This document shows, one piece after another, positions 1 to 8,353 of a stretch of 34,457 nt of DNA; the stretch's first letter is position 1; each line of letters starts with the position of its first letter. Origin of the DNA: Spirochaetia bacterium (lineage in GTDB: Bacteria > Spirochaetota > Spirochaetia > SPDA01 > CAZSGZ01). The position numbers and the translations under genes are program-made. The stretch lies in NCBI GenBank assembly GCA_046542935.1, contig JBKHAJ010000003.1, positions 1 to 34,457 of the forward strand, read 5' to 3'. The notes under the pieces were generated by a model. That model saw only the letters and a program-made list of their open reading frames with translations, was not told the DNA's origin and did no database searches.

Positions 1-2
1 CT

Positions 3-476
3 TACGATTTTCATTCCGACTGGCCCAAGGCGCGGGAGTTCGCCGCGGAGGTCCATGGCATTGACATCCCCGGAGTGCACGTCTTTCTCTTCGACCGGAC
101 CTTTCCTTCGGTCTATCTGACCAACCTCCTCATGCGGGCGAGTGATCTTATGATCACTAAACCTTCGGAACTCAGTTTCTATCCGGTGCCGAAGCTCTTT
201 ATCCAGCGGGTAGGGAAGCACGAGGCCTGGGGGGCTATCCGGGGTTCGGAGATCGGGGACAGCACCATGGAGACTGAGAACACCGCGAGCATGCTCTCCG
301 CACTGAAGCTGACCATAGAGGAGGAGGACCTGATCCCTTTCTACTGCCAGAACATCCTCATGAACAAGAACGCGGGCATCTACGACGGCGCCTACAAGGT
401 GGTACGCCTCGCCTTAGACGCTCGGGAACGCCGTGCCGGAGGCATATCCGAGGAGCGGGGCGCCGCGGTGATATAA
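3..476 (+). CDS. 5'-truncated conserved protein, C-terminus resembling a GT-B glycosyltransferase (MGDG synthase/UgtP-like) domain
   Basis: Frame is open from position 3 (YDFHSDWPKAREF...) to TAA at 474-476. ASDLMITKPSELS resembles the ASDLxITKPGG motif of MGDG-synthase-like enzymes. Confidence 0.55.
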   Translation, partial: YDFHSDWPKAREFAAEVHGIDIPGVHVFLFDRTFPSVYLTNLLMRASDLMITKPSELSFYPVPKLFIQRVGKHEAWGAIRGSEIGDSTMETENTASMLSALKLTIEEEDLIPFYCQNILMNKNAGIYDGAYKVVRLALDARERRAGGISEERGAAVI

Positions 477-498
477 AAGCCCCGCCGCAGCGGGGCTT
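477..498 (-). terminator. Intrinsic terminator hairpin between convergent genes
   Basis: AAGCCCCGC-cgca-GCGGGGCTT perfect 9-bp stem. On the minus strand it ends in TTTTATAT, just downstream of rubrerythrin. Confidence 0.8.
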
Positions 499-519
499 AA
501 TACCATAGAGGAGTTGTGA

Positions 520-1041
520 TTAAAAGTCCAGATTCGCGGGCTCGAAATGGACACTTGCGTGGCTGCAGGAGGGGCACTTGGCCGGCGGCTCGGTCCCCTC
601 GTGAATGAAGCCGCAGACGCCGCACTTCCATTTGATCGGTTTGTCCCGCTTGTAGACGGTTTCGTTTTCGACCATATCGAGAAGTTTTTTATAACGGTCC
701 CGATGGTGCGCTTCGATTTTGAGGATCTGATTGAAAAGGTTGGCCGCTTCCTTGTTTCCCTCTTCCTCCGCCTCCCGGGCGAAGTCGGCGTACATCGTCT
801 TTACCTCGTAATCCTCTCCCTCCATGGCGGCGCGGAGGTTGGATGCGGTGTCTCCAAGTCCTCCGAGGAGCTTGAAATGGTCCTTCGCGTGACGCTTTTC
901 GTTCTCCGCGGTTTCTTCGAAAATCTTGGCGATGTAGTGGTATCCCTCTTTTCTCGCCTGGGCGGCAAAGTAGGTGTACTTGTTCCGCGCCTGGGATTCT
1001 CCCGCGAAGGCCGCTTTCAAGTTGTCTTCGGTCTTACTCAT
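520..1041 (-). CDS. rbr: Rubrerythrin
   Basis: AFAGESQARNKY, ExxH diiron ligands (ENEKRH, IEAHH), C-terminal rubredoxin-like CGVC...CPSC, SD AAGGAG upstream. Confidence 0.95.
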   Translation of the reverse strand: MSKTEDNLKAAFAGESQARNKYTYFAAQARKEGYHYIAKIFEETAENEKRHAKDHFKLLGGLGDTASNLRAAMEGEDYEVKTMYADFAREAEEEGNKEAANLFNQILKIEAHHRDRYKKLLDMVENETVYKRDKPIKWKCGVCGFIHEGTEPPAKCPSCSHASVHFEPANLDF

Positions 1042-1102
1042 GTCTCTCTCCTTAAGCTTTAGAGTGTATTATTGGGGACGAAAGCCGTTCGCTTCCGTCC
1101 AA

Positions 1103-1549
1103 TTAACCGGTTTTAGTTTGGCACTCCGGACACATTCCCTGAAGAGACACCCGGAGTTTCGAGATGCGGTACCGGTTCGCCAGATCATCGGGAACCGACA
1201 GGGTGTCGAAGTCCGGGTTCTCGAAATCTATGATACGTCCGCAGTGTATGCAGTGAATGTGATGATGGGGCTGAAGCTGTGTGTCGAAGCGGCGTACCCC
1301 CTCGGGGGTCTCGATAATCTCTAAGAGCCCTATTTCGGCGAAGGTCCGGAGCGTTCGGTTGACCGTGTCGAAGGAGATATTGGGGTACTCCTCGACAACC
1401 GTGTGATAGACTTCATCCGCCGAGGGATGTGTGGTGAGTCCGTGAAGGGCTGCGAAGACGGCGATTCGCTGGGGAGTAACCTTGAGGTCCCGCTCCCGAA
1501 GTATATCCGCGAGAGTATCCTGCGCCCGCGCGTCATCACGTATTTGCAT
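1103..1549 (-). CDS. perR: Fur-family transcriptional regulator, probably PerR
   Basis: KVTPQR, HPSADEVY, RFD...HHHIHCIHCG and CPEC zinc motifs. Lies directly upstream of rubrerythrin. Confidence 0.85.
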   Translation of the reverse strand: MQIRDDARAQDTLADILRERDLKVTPQRIAVFAALHGLTTHPSADEVYHTVVEEYPNISFDTVNRTLRTFAEIGLLEIIETPEGVRRFDTQLQPHHHIHCIHCGRIIDFENPDFDTLSVPDDLANRYRISKLRVSLQGMCPECQTKTG

Positions 1550-1555
1550 GGAGTT

Positions 1556-1584
1556 ATTATATAGGAATTAGTACTAATGAGCAA
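1556..1584 (-). promoter_or_regulatory. sigma70 promoter of perR (leaderless) containing palindrome ATTAGTACTAAT
   Basis: TTGCTC-17nt-TATAAT-6nt-ATG(1549). Perfect 12-bp palindrome at 1567-1578 in the spacer. Confidence 0.7.
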
Positions 1585-1621
1585 GGCTATACTGTGTTTA
1601 TTTATGCTTCCGTTTTTGTAC

Positions 1622-1650
1622 TTGATCCCAGGTACCCAAAAGGTCATACT
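1622..1650 (+). promoter_or_regulatory. sigma70 promoter of aminotransferase (leaderless)
   Basis: TTGATC-17nt-CATACT-6nt-ATG(1657), no SD. Confidence 0.65.
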
Positions 1651-1656
1651 TACGTC

Positions 1657-2880
1657 ATGAACGAAATCTTTGCCGACAGGATGTCCGACGTACCCCGGTC
1701 TTTTATCCGTGAAATTCTCAAGGTTACCCTCGATCCGGAGGTCATCTCCTTCGCGGGAGGGCTGCCTAACCGTGAGTACTTTCCGGTGGAGGGACTGAAG
1801 CGAGCCGCATGCTCGGTGTTCGACATTCACGGCCGGGATGTCCTCCAGTACGGAAGCTCAGAGGGTGACCTCTCTCTGAGGAAGTTCATCTCCCAGCGGT
1901 ACAGGTCCCGGAAGGGGATAGACGTACCCCCGGAGAATATCCTCATCACCAACGGCTCACAGCAGGGGCTCGATCTCCTCGGTAAGGTCATGCTCAACGC
2001 GGGGGATGGACTCATCATCGAAGAGCCGGGTTATCTCGGGGCAATACAGGCCTTTTCCATGTTCAAACCCCGCTTTGTACCGGTGCTCATGGATACCGAC
2101 GGGATGATCCTCGAATCTCTGATCTCTGAGGTGGACAAGGCGACCGAGGCGGGAGGAACACCCCCCAAGCTCATGTACACGGTCCCCAACTTCCAGAATC
2201 CTTCGGGAATCACCTATGCCCGCGGCATCCGGGAGAAGATTGCCGAATATATCGGTACGACGGATATTCTTCTCGTAGAGGACGATCCCTACGGTGAGCT
2301 CCGCTTCGCCGGCGAGGATATCCCCTCCTTTCGGAAGTTTCTTCCCGATCAGTCGGTGCTCCTCGGTTCCTTCTCCAAGACGGTCGTCCCCGGATTCCGT
2401 CTCGGATGGATCGCGGCGCCGGACGCGGTCTTAGAGAAGCTGTTGATCGCCAAGCAGGCGGCGGACCTCCACTCGAGCCACTTCACACAACGGATCATCG
2501 CCGAATTCCTCGGGGCTAACGATATCGACGAGCACATCGCGATTATCAAGGATATCTACGGAAGACAATGTCGGGCTATGCTGGACTCGATAGCGGAGCA
2601 CTTCCCCGAAGAGGTCCGCTATACCAGGCCCGAAGGGGGGATGTTTCTTTGGGCGGAGCTTCCCGAGGGATTGAACGCCCTCGAACTCTTCGAGGCGGCC
2701 GCCCGGGAGAACGTCGTCTTCGTTCCCGGAGATCCTTTCTATATCGGCAAGACCGGTGTAAATACTCTGCGCCTCAACTTCTCCTGCGTCGACGAGGAAA
2801 CCATTGAGGTCGGTATCCAACGGCTGGGGAAGGCGATTAAGCGAATGCTCCCGGCGGGAACACCTACGCCGGCTGTATGA
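1657..2880 (+). CDS. PLP-dependent class I aminotransferase (LysN/2-aminoadipate-aromatic type, no HTH)
   Basis: SFIREILK, ISFAGGLP, NFQNPSG, EDDPYGEL, GSFSK(PLP Lys)TVVPGFRLGW. Start moved from 1594 to ATG 1657 (407 aa). Confidence 0.9.
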   Translation: MNEIFADRMSDVPRSFIREILKVTLDPEVISFAGGLPNREYFPVEGLKRAACSVFDIHGRDVLQYGSSEGDLSLRKFISQRYRSRKGIDVPPENILITNGSQQGLDLLGKVMLNAGDGLIIEEPGYLGAIQAFSMFKPRFVPVLMDTDGMILESLISEVDKATEAGGTPPKLMYTVPNFQNPSGITYARGIREKIAEYIGTTDILLVEDDPYGELRFAGEDIPSFRKFLPDQSVLLGSFSKTVVPGFRLGWIAAPDAVLEKLLIAKQAADLHSSHFTQRIIAEFLGANDIDEHIAIIKDIYGRQCRAMLDSIAEHFPEEVRYTRPEGGMFLWAELPEGLNALELFEAAARENVVFVPGDPFYIGKTGVNTLRLNFSCVDEETIEVGIQRLGKAIKRMLPAGTPTPAV

Positions 2881-3407
2881 ACACCCTCGTCTACCGGGTG
2901 CTTCCCACGGATCTCGAAGAGGAGTTGGAAGTCTGGTATGAGAGGCTTATCTGCTCCGATCCCGAGTATTCAGAAATCGACCGCTGGGATGACCCGGACT
3001 ACACCCTGATCACCTTCGAAGGCAGCCAATGGGCTTCAACGGCGGAACTCGCGGAGAGGAATGTTCGGGCCGGTACGGTTCCGGTACGGATCGCCGGAGT
3101 GAGTGGGGTCATGACCCACCCCGATTACCGGGGACGGGGGCTTGCCCGGGACCTGATGATCCGGGTCATGGAGCTTGCCGCCGAGCGCTTTCCGGATGCG
3201 GATTTCGGTCTCCTCGACTGCCGGAACGAGGTTGTGGGGTTCTACGAACCCCTCGGTTGGCGTCGTGAGCCGGGAAGAATTTTCTACACCCTCGACGGGC
3301 GGCGGGGGATGTACGATCCCGAACATGTGAATATTATGATTTACCCTCTCAAGGCGGGCGCCGAGTGGCCGGGGGGAGACGTGGATTTCCTCGGGCTGCC
3401 GTGGTAG
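2877..3407 (+). CDS. GNAT-family N-acetyltransferase
   Basis: Acetyl-CoA motif A VMTHPDYRGRGLA, FYEPLGW. ATGA overlap with the upstream gene. Confidence 0.85.
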   Translation: MNTLVYRVLPTDLEEELEVWYERLICSDPEYSEIDRWDDPDYTLITFEGSQWASTAELAERNVRAGTVPVRIAGVSGVMTHPDYRGRGLARDLMIRVMELAAERFPDADFGLLDCRNEVVGFYEPLGWRREPGRIFYTLDGRRGMYDPEHVNIMIYPLKAGAEWPGGDVDFLGLPW

Positions 3408-3471
3408 GGCGGAGCACGGCTTAACGGCAGGGACTATGGAAGCGAAATAATTCTAGAAGAAAATGATAAAA

Positions 3472-3619
3472 AGTGCCCCCGATCGTGGGGATAGAAACGG
3501 CGTAGATGATATATGTGTAGTGAATCACATGATTTTGAGGGGAAATCGGAACCTCCGGCGGGATAATTACAACTACAAACGGTATTTAGTCGAAAATAGT
3601 CCCCACGATCGGGGGCACT
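3472..3619. repeat. REPIN/MITE-like unit bounded by perfect 20-bp inverted repeats
   Basis: AGTGCCCCCGATCGTGGGGA (3472-3491) and its exact reverse complement (3600-3619) flank an AT-rich 108-bp core. A third copy lies at 10886-10904. Confidence 0.75.
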
Positions 3620-4086
3620 CAAAAAAGAATAAGTCTCAAGGTGGACCATACCGAGGCCAGGCACCAGAAGGAAAAGAAGGCCCACGGCCCGTAGATGGAG
3701 AAGGAGAGACTCCGCCTGTGGTCCCGGTCCTTGTCGGGGTCGGAATCGGCACCGGGGATCTTGTCTCGGTCGATGGTCAGTGCTTCCAGGTCCGGAGACC
3801 GGCGGAAGAGTCTGCGCTGTTTGACGAGCCACTTGTTGATTGTCCGGTGGGCGGTATCGAGGGGACGGATCAAAACCATAGCTGTGAAGATCCCTAAGGC
3901 TGCGACAAGGTAGGCATAGACCGCAACGGTCCGGTAATCGGCGGCGGTCTGCAGGATTGCGAAGGGCACGACTAAGAAAGATTGACAGGTAACGAGCATG
4001 GTAGAGCGCATAGCTAAAAGACTGAATTCGTGCTTGATCTCATCACGATAAAATTTGAGTTTGTCCAAGTCGCCGAGTGTACTCAT
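3619..4086 (-). CDS. Hypothetical membrane protein (about 3 TM helices)
   Basis: 155-aa ORF with hydrophobic segments (SFLVVPFAIL, VAVYAYLVAALGIFTAMVL, PWAFFSFWCLASVW). Starts 6 nt after the yhbY stop. Confidence 0.7.
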   Translation of the reverse strand: MSTLGDLDKLKFYRDEIKHEFSLLAMRSTMLVTCQSFLVVPFAILQTAADYRTVAVYAYLVAALGIFTAMVLIRPLDTAHRTINKWLVKQRRLFRRSPDLEALTIDRDKIPGADSDPDKDRDHRRSLSFSIYGPWAFFSFWCLASVWSTLRLILF

Positions 4087-4092
4087 AAGGAG

Positions 4093-4398
4093 TCAAATAC
4101 CGAGCGGTACATACCGCCGCTTATCCTCCTCGGGATGAGGGCGGTAGTAGATCGCGATGTGGCCGATGATGCGGACCAAAGCGGACCCGGTCGCCTCCGC
4201 TATACCTTCGCTAAGCTTTCCTTTGTCCTCCTTGAACTCGCCGAATTTCACCTTGATGAGCTCGTGGTCGAGGAGGGCGGTATCGATAGTCTTGACGACT
4301 TGATCGGTCACCCCCTGCTTACCGATCCGGACGACGGGCTCTAAGGAATGGGCCGCCTTGAAGAGATATTTCCGCTGTTTCTTTGTTAATTCAGGCAT
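4093..4398 (-). CDS. yhbY: YhbY/CRM-domain RNA-binding protein (ribosome assembly)
   Basis: LTKKQRKYL...AHSLEPVVRIGKQG, HELIKVKF, IIGHIAIYYR. Start set at ATG 4398 (101 aa), preceded by TATTCT-6nt. Confidence 0.9.
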   Translation of the reverse strand: MPELTKKQRKYLFKAAHSLEPVVRIGKQGVTDQVVKTIDTALLDHELIKVKFGEFKEDKGKLSEGIAEATGSALVRIIGHIAIYYRPHPEEDKRRYVPLGI

Positions 4399-4509
4399 GC
4401 TATCAGAATAACCGAAAAGGCGAAAGAATTCGATAGACGAGAATCGAAAAAAACGGTACTCTTTCGCGTCCCGGGATGTCCTCCCGGGAAATATTATTTG
4501 GAGACAGCA

Positions 4510-5739
4510 ATGCACATACTCGACCGGTTCGGCGTCAGGCTCGCGATCCGCAGGGCACTTGCCGCGCCGATAGGCAAAACCCACGTCCTCCTGCCCGCGG
4601 CCTTTCTGGTGGCCTTCGGGCTCAATTTACTCACCTTCGGGGTCGTCTTCTTCATGGCCGATGCTTTTGGGTCGTCCACCGGAGAGATCGGGCTCCTTAT
4701 GGCATTGTGGAGCTTGTGCTACTTTATCGGTTGTTTTATCCTCAGGCCGCTCGGCAGGAAACTTCAGCCGCGGTTTTCCATGATGGTTGCAACCGCGTCT
4801 CTCGCCCTGTGTCTGACCGCCCTGGTCCTGTGGGGATCGAAGGGTTCGACCTTTGTCTTCTACGGTCTCGCGGGATTGAGCAACTCCCTCTTCTTTCCGC
4901 CGCTGCTGACCTGGCTGGCCTCCGGTATAGAGGGGCATGAACTCAACTCCGCCCTCTCCCGGTTCAGTTTGTCCTGGAGCCTCGGCGGGGTATTAAGTCC
5001 CTATCCCGCCGGGTTCCTCGTGCAGCGCGGTCCGGTTTATCCCCTCCTGGCGTGTATCGGCTGCCTGGTCGTGACCTTCCTGATTATCGGACTTGCTTCG
5101 ATAAAGGTCCGGGGAATGCGGATGCCGGCCGGAGCGGACTCGAAGGGGTTGTCGGTGGAGACGGTTGACCACAGTACCTTCCTGAGGTACCCCGCCTGGC
5201 TGGGTAACTTTTCGGTCTACGTACTCATGGGGATAATCTCGGCGGTCTTTCCCCTCTTCGCCCGGGGAGAGCTGGGGTTTGCAGAGAGCACCATCGGCCT
5301 CATCTTTCTCTCGAGGGCCGTCTTGATGACGGTGGGGTTTGTCCTCTTCGGAAGGCTGACCTGCTGGCACTTCCGGGCGGGATATCAATTAGGACTGCAG
5401 CTCCTGTTTGCCGCTTTTATACTCGTTTTGGTCCTGGTAAGGTCGGGAACCGCCTTCTTCGTTCTGCTTCCCCTGCAGGGGATCTTTCTGGCCGCCTTTT
5501 ATTCAAGCAGCGTGTTCCACGGAGCCTCAGGAGCGGTGGAACGGCAAAAACGAATGGCCGTTCACGAAGGTATGCTTACGGCGGGGATAATCATCGGGAG
5601 CGTAACGGGGGGCCTCCTGTATCAGCATTACTCGATGAGGACGGTTTTCCTTCTCTCCCTATCCGTTGCGGTGGCGGTTGCAGCCGCCCAGCTCCTCCTT
5701 TTCGGCCTTACGAGGAATAGGCGGGAATCCCGTATCTAG
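4510..5739 (+). CDS. MFS transporter
   Basis: About 12 hydrophobic helices in two halves with a central hydrophilic loop. SD GGAGA before ATG 4510. Confidence 0.85.
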   Translation: MHILDRFGVRLAIRRALAAPIGKTHVLLPAAFLVAFGLNLLTFGVVFFMADAFGSSTGEIGLLMALWSLCYFIGCFILRPLGRKLQPRFSMMVATASLALCLTALVLWGSKGSTFVFYGLAGLSNSLFFPPLLTWLASGIEGHELNSALSRFSLSWSLGGVLSPYPAGFLVQRGPVYPLLACIGCLVVTFLIIGLASIKVRGMRMPAGADSKGLSVETVDHSTFLRYPAWLGNFSVYVLMGIISAVFPLFARGELGFAESTIGLIFLSRAVLMTVGFVLFGRLTCWHFRAGYQLGLQLLFAAFILVLVLVRSGTAFFVLLPLQGIFLAAFYSSSVFHGASGAVERQKRMAVHEGMLTAGIIIGSVTGGLLYQHYSMRTVFLLSLSVAVAVAAAQLLLFGLTRNRRESRI

Positions 5740-6583
5740 ACAGCTCCTCTCCGACCTCCCGCTCAATCCACTCCCGCTCGTCGGTGTTCCAGGGGTGGAA
5801 GGAGGGCTTCAGATACACCGCGATCCGGGGGGCCATGGTCCGGAAAAAACCGCCCCTCCCGAAGAAAAAACGGCGCGCCGCCCGGCGGTAGAACCGGTCC
5901 CAGCGGTCGTGCTTCATCATGAGGTAGCGGAATCTGCGGTAGACCATCCAGGCAATCTCCAGGGATATGTAGGCGAAAGCGGCTATCCTCCGGAAGTAGT
6001 TCCCCGAGAGTTGTTGAAACAGATCGTAACAAACGCTCTTGTGCTCCAGCTCTTCGACGGCATGATACATCAAGAGCTCCCGGAAAGGTGATTTTGCCCG
6101 GGCGATATAATCGGGCTTGAGAAAGAACAGGAGATGGGCCAGATTCGCGGTATGGTGCTCGGCCCCGGCGGTACAGGCTATGTTCCACCGCGGGGAGAAC
6201 AGTCTGCGCAGGGTAATCCTCAAGCGGTGGATCTGTCCGTTATATTCCGCCATCCGGGGAAATCCGTTATCCTTCAGGGCGGCGTTCCATTTGTCGTGCT
6301 GCTTTCCATGGGCCCCTTCCTGACGGATGAAGAGCTCGAGGTCTCGAGCGAGCCGGCCGGGGAGCTTCCCCTTTTTTCGGAGGATCGCCGCCGAATCCCG
6401 GGCCGCCTCGATAAAGAAGCGTTCCCCCTCGGGAAAAGTCGCCTGAAGGGCGTCCAGGAAATGGGTCAGGACGGGATTTTCGTCGTCCCAGTGCCGGTGT
6501 TTTTCGAAAACCGGGGCATAATCGTAATCGACCTTACGCACTTTCAGTTCGAGGTCCTCCGGGCTTTTAACGGGCTGTTTCAT
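5708..6583 (-). CDS. Predicted metal-dependent hydrolase (PF10118-like, ferritin-like fold)
   Basis: FPEGERFFI, FIRQEGAHGKQH, AEHHTA, HAVEELEHKSV and PSFHPW motifs. Confidence 0.85.
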   Translation of the reverse strand: MKQPVKSPEDLELKVRKVDYDYAPVFEKHRHWDDENPVLTHFLDALQATFPEGERFFIEAARDSAAILRKKGKLPGRLARDLELFIRQEGAHGKQHDKWNAALKDNGFPRMAEYNGQIHRLRITLRRLFSPRWNIACTAGAEHHTANLAHLLFFLKPDYIARAKSPFRELLMYHAVEELEHKSVCYDLFQQLSGNYFRRIAAFAYISLEIAWMVYRRFRYLMMKHDRWDRFYRRAARRFFFGRGGFFRTMAPRIAVYLKPSFHPWNTDEREWIEREVGEELSRYGIPAYSS

Positions 6584-6589
6584 GATTCA

Positions 6590-6618
6590 AGGATACGCTT
6601 TTCATTTCCTGCGGTCAA
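6590..6618 (-). promoter_or_regulatory. sigma70 promoter of hydrolase (leaderless)
   Basis: TTGACC-17nt-TATCCT-6nt-ATG(6583). Confidence 0.7.
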
Positions 6619-6645
6619 ATTTCGTTTTTCTTCGGAATAAACTCC

Positions 6646-6675
6646 TTGCCTTCCTTGAGAGCTAAGGGATAGAAT
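6646..6675 (+). promoter_or_regulatory. sigma70 promoter of fapA-like gene (leaderless)
   Basis: TTGCCT-18nt-TAGAAT-6nt-ATG(6682). Confidence 0.6.
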
Positions 6676-6681
6676 CATCCC

Positions 6682-8334
6682 ATGGATCGCACCGGTTCTC
6701 ACGAAGGAAAATTCGAGCTCTTCTACCGGAAGGGCTGGGCCTATCTTATCGTCCATCCTCCCGAGGAGGGGGGGAAGCCGGTCTATCCCGAGGAAGTGGA
6801 AAACCGGATGAAGATGCTCGGGGTGCCGAAGGTCCGGACCCGGGTTATCCGTCGGATTATCGATGAAGCCTCGGAACAGGCGGAGAGGCGCGTGGAATGG
6901 CCTGAAGGGAGCCGCCTGGCCTCGGAGATCCATGTACGGGTCGCGGACGACCGGATGACCGCCTGGGTCACCATCGACCCCCCCAAGAAGGGAGCGGCGC
7001 CCCCTTTTCCGGAGGATGTGGTCGAGGAGCTCGAGAAGCAGGGGGTCCGGTTCGGAATCGATCTCGAGGAAATCCAGCGCTTTGTCGGGAGGCAGGATTT
7101 CGGGGCCGAAAAGGTCGCCGCCCGGGGACGCCCGCCCGTGCATGGCCAGGCGGCGAAGGTGGAGTATCACTTCAACACTAACCGGGGAAAGCCCTACTTG
7201 GAGATGGACTTCGGACGGATAAACCTCAAGGAGCTCAACTTCATTGAGAACGTCAAATCGGGGGCTCTCCTCGCCGAGCTCCTGGATCCGGTAGAGCCGG
7301 TGGACGGAAAGGATGTAACCGGGAGGCCCCTGCCGGCGGAGCCCGCCGAGGGTGCCGCCGAGCTCAAGGCGGGAAAGAACACCCGCTTAAGCGGCGACAA
7401 GACGAAGCTGTACGCGGAGATCGACGGTAATGCCAAGCTCGATAACGGATATATCCTCGTCGAGAAAGTAGTAACCGTGCAGAAAGTCAATTACGAGACC
7501 GGGAACATCCGCTTCGACGGCACGGTGGTCGTCAAAGGGGGTATTGCCGATGGTTTCGTTGTCGAGGCAACCGGAGACATTCAGGTCGGCAAAGGGGTGG
7601 GGAAGGTGCGCCTCAGGGCGGACGGCAATATACTCCTCAAGACCGGAATCAACGGGAACGACGAGGGGTACCTCGAGTGCGGAGGAGACCTCTACTCGAA
7701 GTACGTGGAACGCTCGATTATCGTATGCCGGGGAAATGCCTTCGTGGAAGAGGCTATTATGCACTCCCGAGTCCTGGTGTGGAAAAACTGCGTTCTGAAC
7801 GGAAAACGGTCGGAGTTCATCGCCGGATCGCTCATCGTCGGCGGCAGCTTCTGGTGCAAAAAGCTCGGAAGCATCTACGAGGCGAAGACCCACATCGCCG
7901 TGGGGATCGTTCCCAATCTGGTGAGCGCCTATCAGGACACAAAGCGGACCCTCGATGAAAAGCATGACCGGCGGAACAAAGCGGAGGAGCAGCTTGCGCA
8001 GTTGAAGAGGGCCGTCGACGAGGGAAAGGAGGATGAGAGAATAAACACCGCTCGGGAACAGCTCTCCGAATCCGTACTATCCTTGGAGGAGGAGATCGGC
8101 CACCTCAAGGCCGAGCTCGCCGAGCTGAAGACCCGAATGCGGGCTTCCCGGAAGAGCATCGTGGTGGTCGAAGACATCCTCTACGGCGGGGTGACCGTAA
8201 GTTTCGGCAGGCTCGAGTACCGTGCTCCCGATAATGGTGCCAGAAAGACAATCCTGAAGGCGGGTGAAGACGAGGTTGTCGAGGCCGGATTCAATCCCCA
8301 TGACCGCCCGAAGCTCGATTTCGAAGAGACATAA
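6682..8334 (+). CDS. FapA-family (DUF342) protein
   Basis: VARG..PVHG, GRINLKELN, DGKDVTG, VNYETGNIRFDG, beta-solenoid Gly repeats and a C-terminal coiled coil (550 aa). Confidence 0.85.
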   Translation: MDRTGSHEGKFELFYRKGWAYLIVHPPEEGGKPVYPEEVENRMKMLGVPKVRTRVIRRIIDEASEQAERRVEWPEGSRLASEIHVRVADDRMTAWVTIDPPKKGAAPPFPEDVVEELEKQGVRFGIDLEEIQRFVGRQDFGAEKVAARGRPPVHGQAAKVEYHFNTNRGKPYLEMDFGRINLKELNFIENVKSGALLAELLDPVEPVDGKDVTGRPLPAEPAEGAAELKAGKNTRLSGDKTKLYAEIDGNAKLDNGYILVEKVVTVQKVNYETGNIRFDGTVVVKGGIADGFVVEATGDIQVGKGVGKVRLRADGNILLKTGINGNDEGYLECGGDLYSKYVERSIIVCRGNAFVEEAIMHSRVLVWKNCVLNGKRSEFIAGSLIVGGSFWCKKLGSIYEAKTHIAVGIVPNLVSAYQDTKRTLDEKHDRRNKAEEQLAQLKRAVDEGKEDERINTAREQLSESVLSLEEEIGHLKAELAELKTRMRASRKSIVVVEDILYGGVTVSFGRLEYRAPDNGARKTILKAGEDEVVEAGFNPHDRPKLDFEET

Positions 8335-8353
8335 GAAAGGAGGATCGATAGTC

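Noticed and set aside
1657-2880. Aminotransferase as the missing hisC
   Set aside because: Motifs (ISFAGGLP, EDDPYGEL, GSFSK) fit the LysN/MocR-like group, not HisC (NENP, DEAY, RTFSK).
3434-3897. ORFs 3434-3832(-) and 3463-3897(+)
   Set aside because: They run through the repeat element, overlap the better 3619-4086 gene and have no recognisable motifs.
3472-4086. Integron cassette (ORF followed by an inverted repeat, attC-like)
   Set aside because: No RYYYAAC/GTTRRRY boxes at the ends, no cassette array and no integrase.
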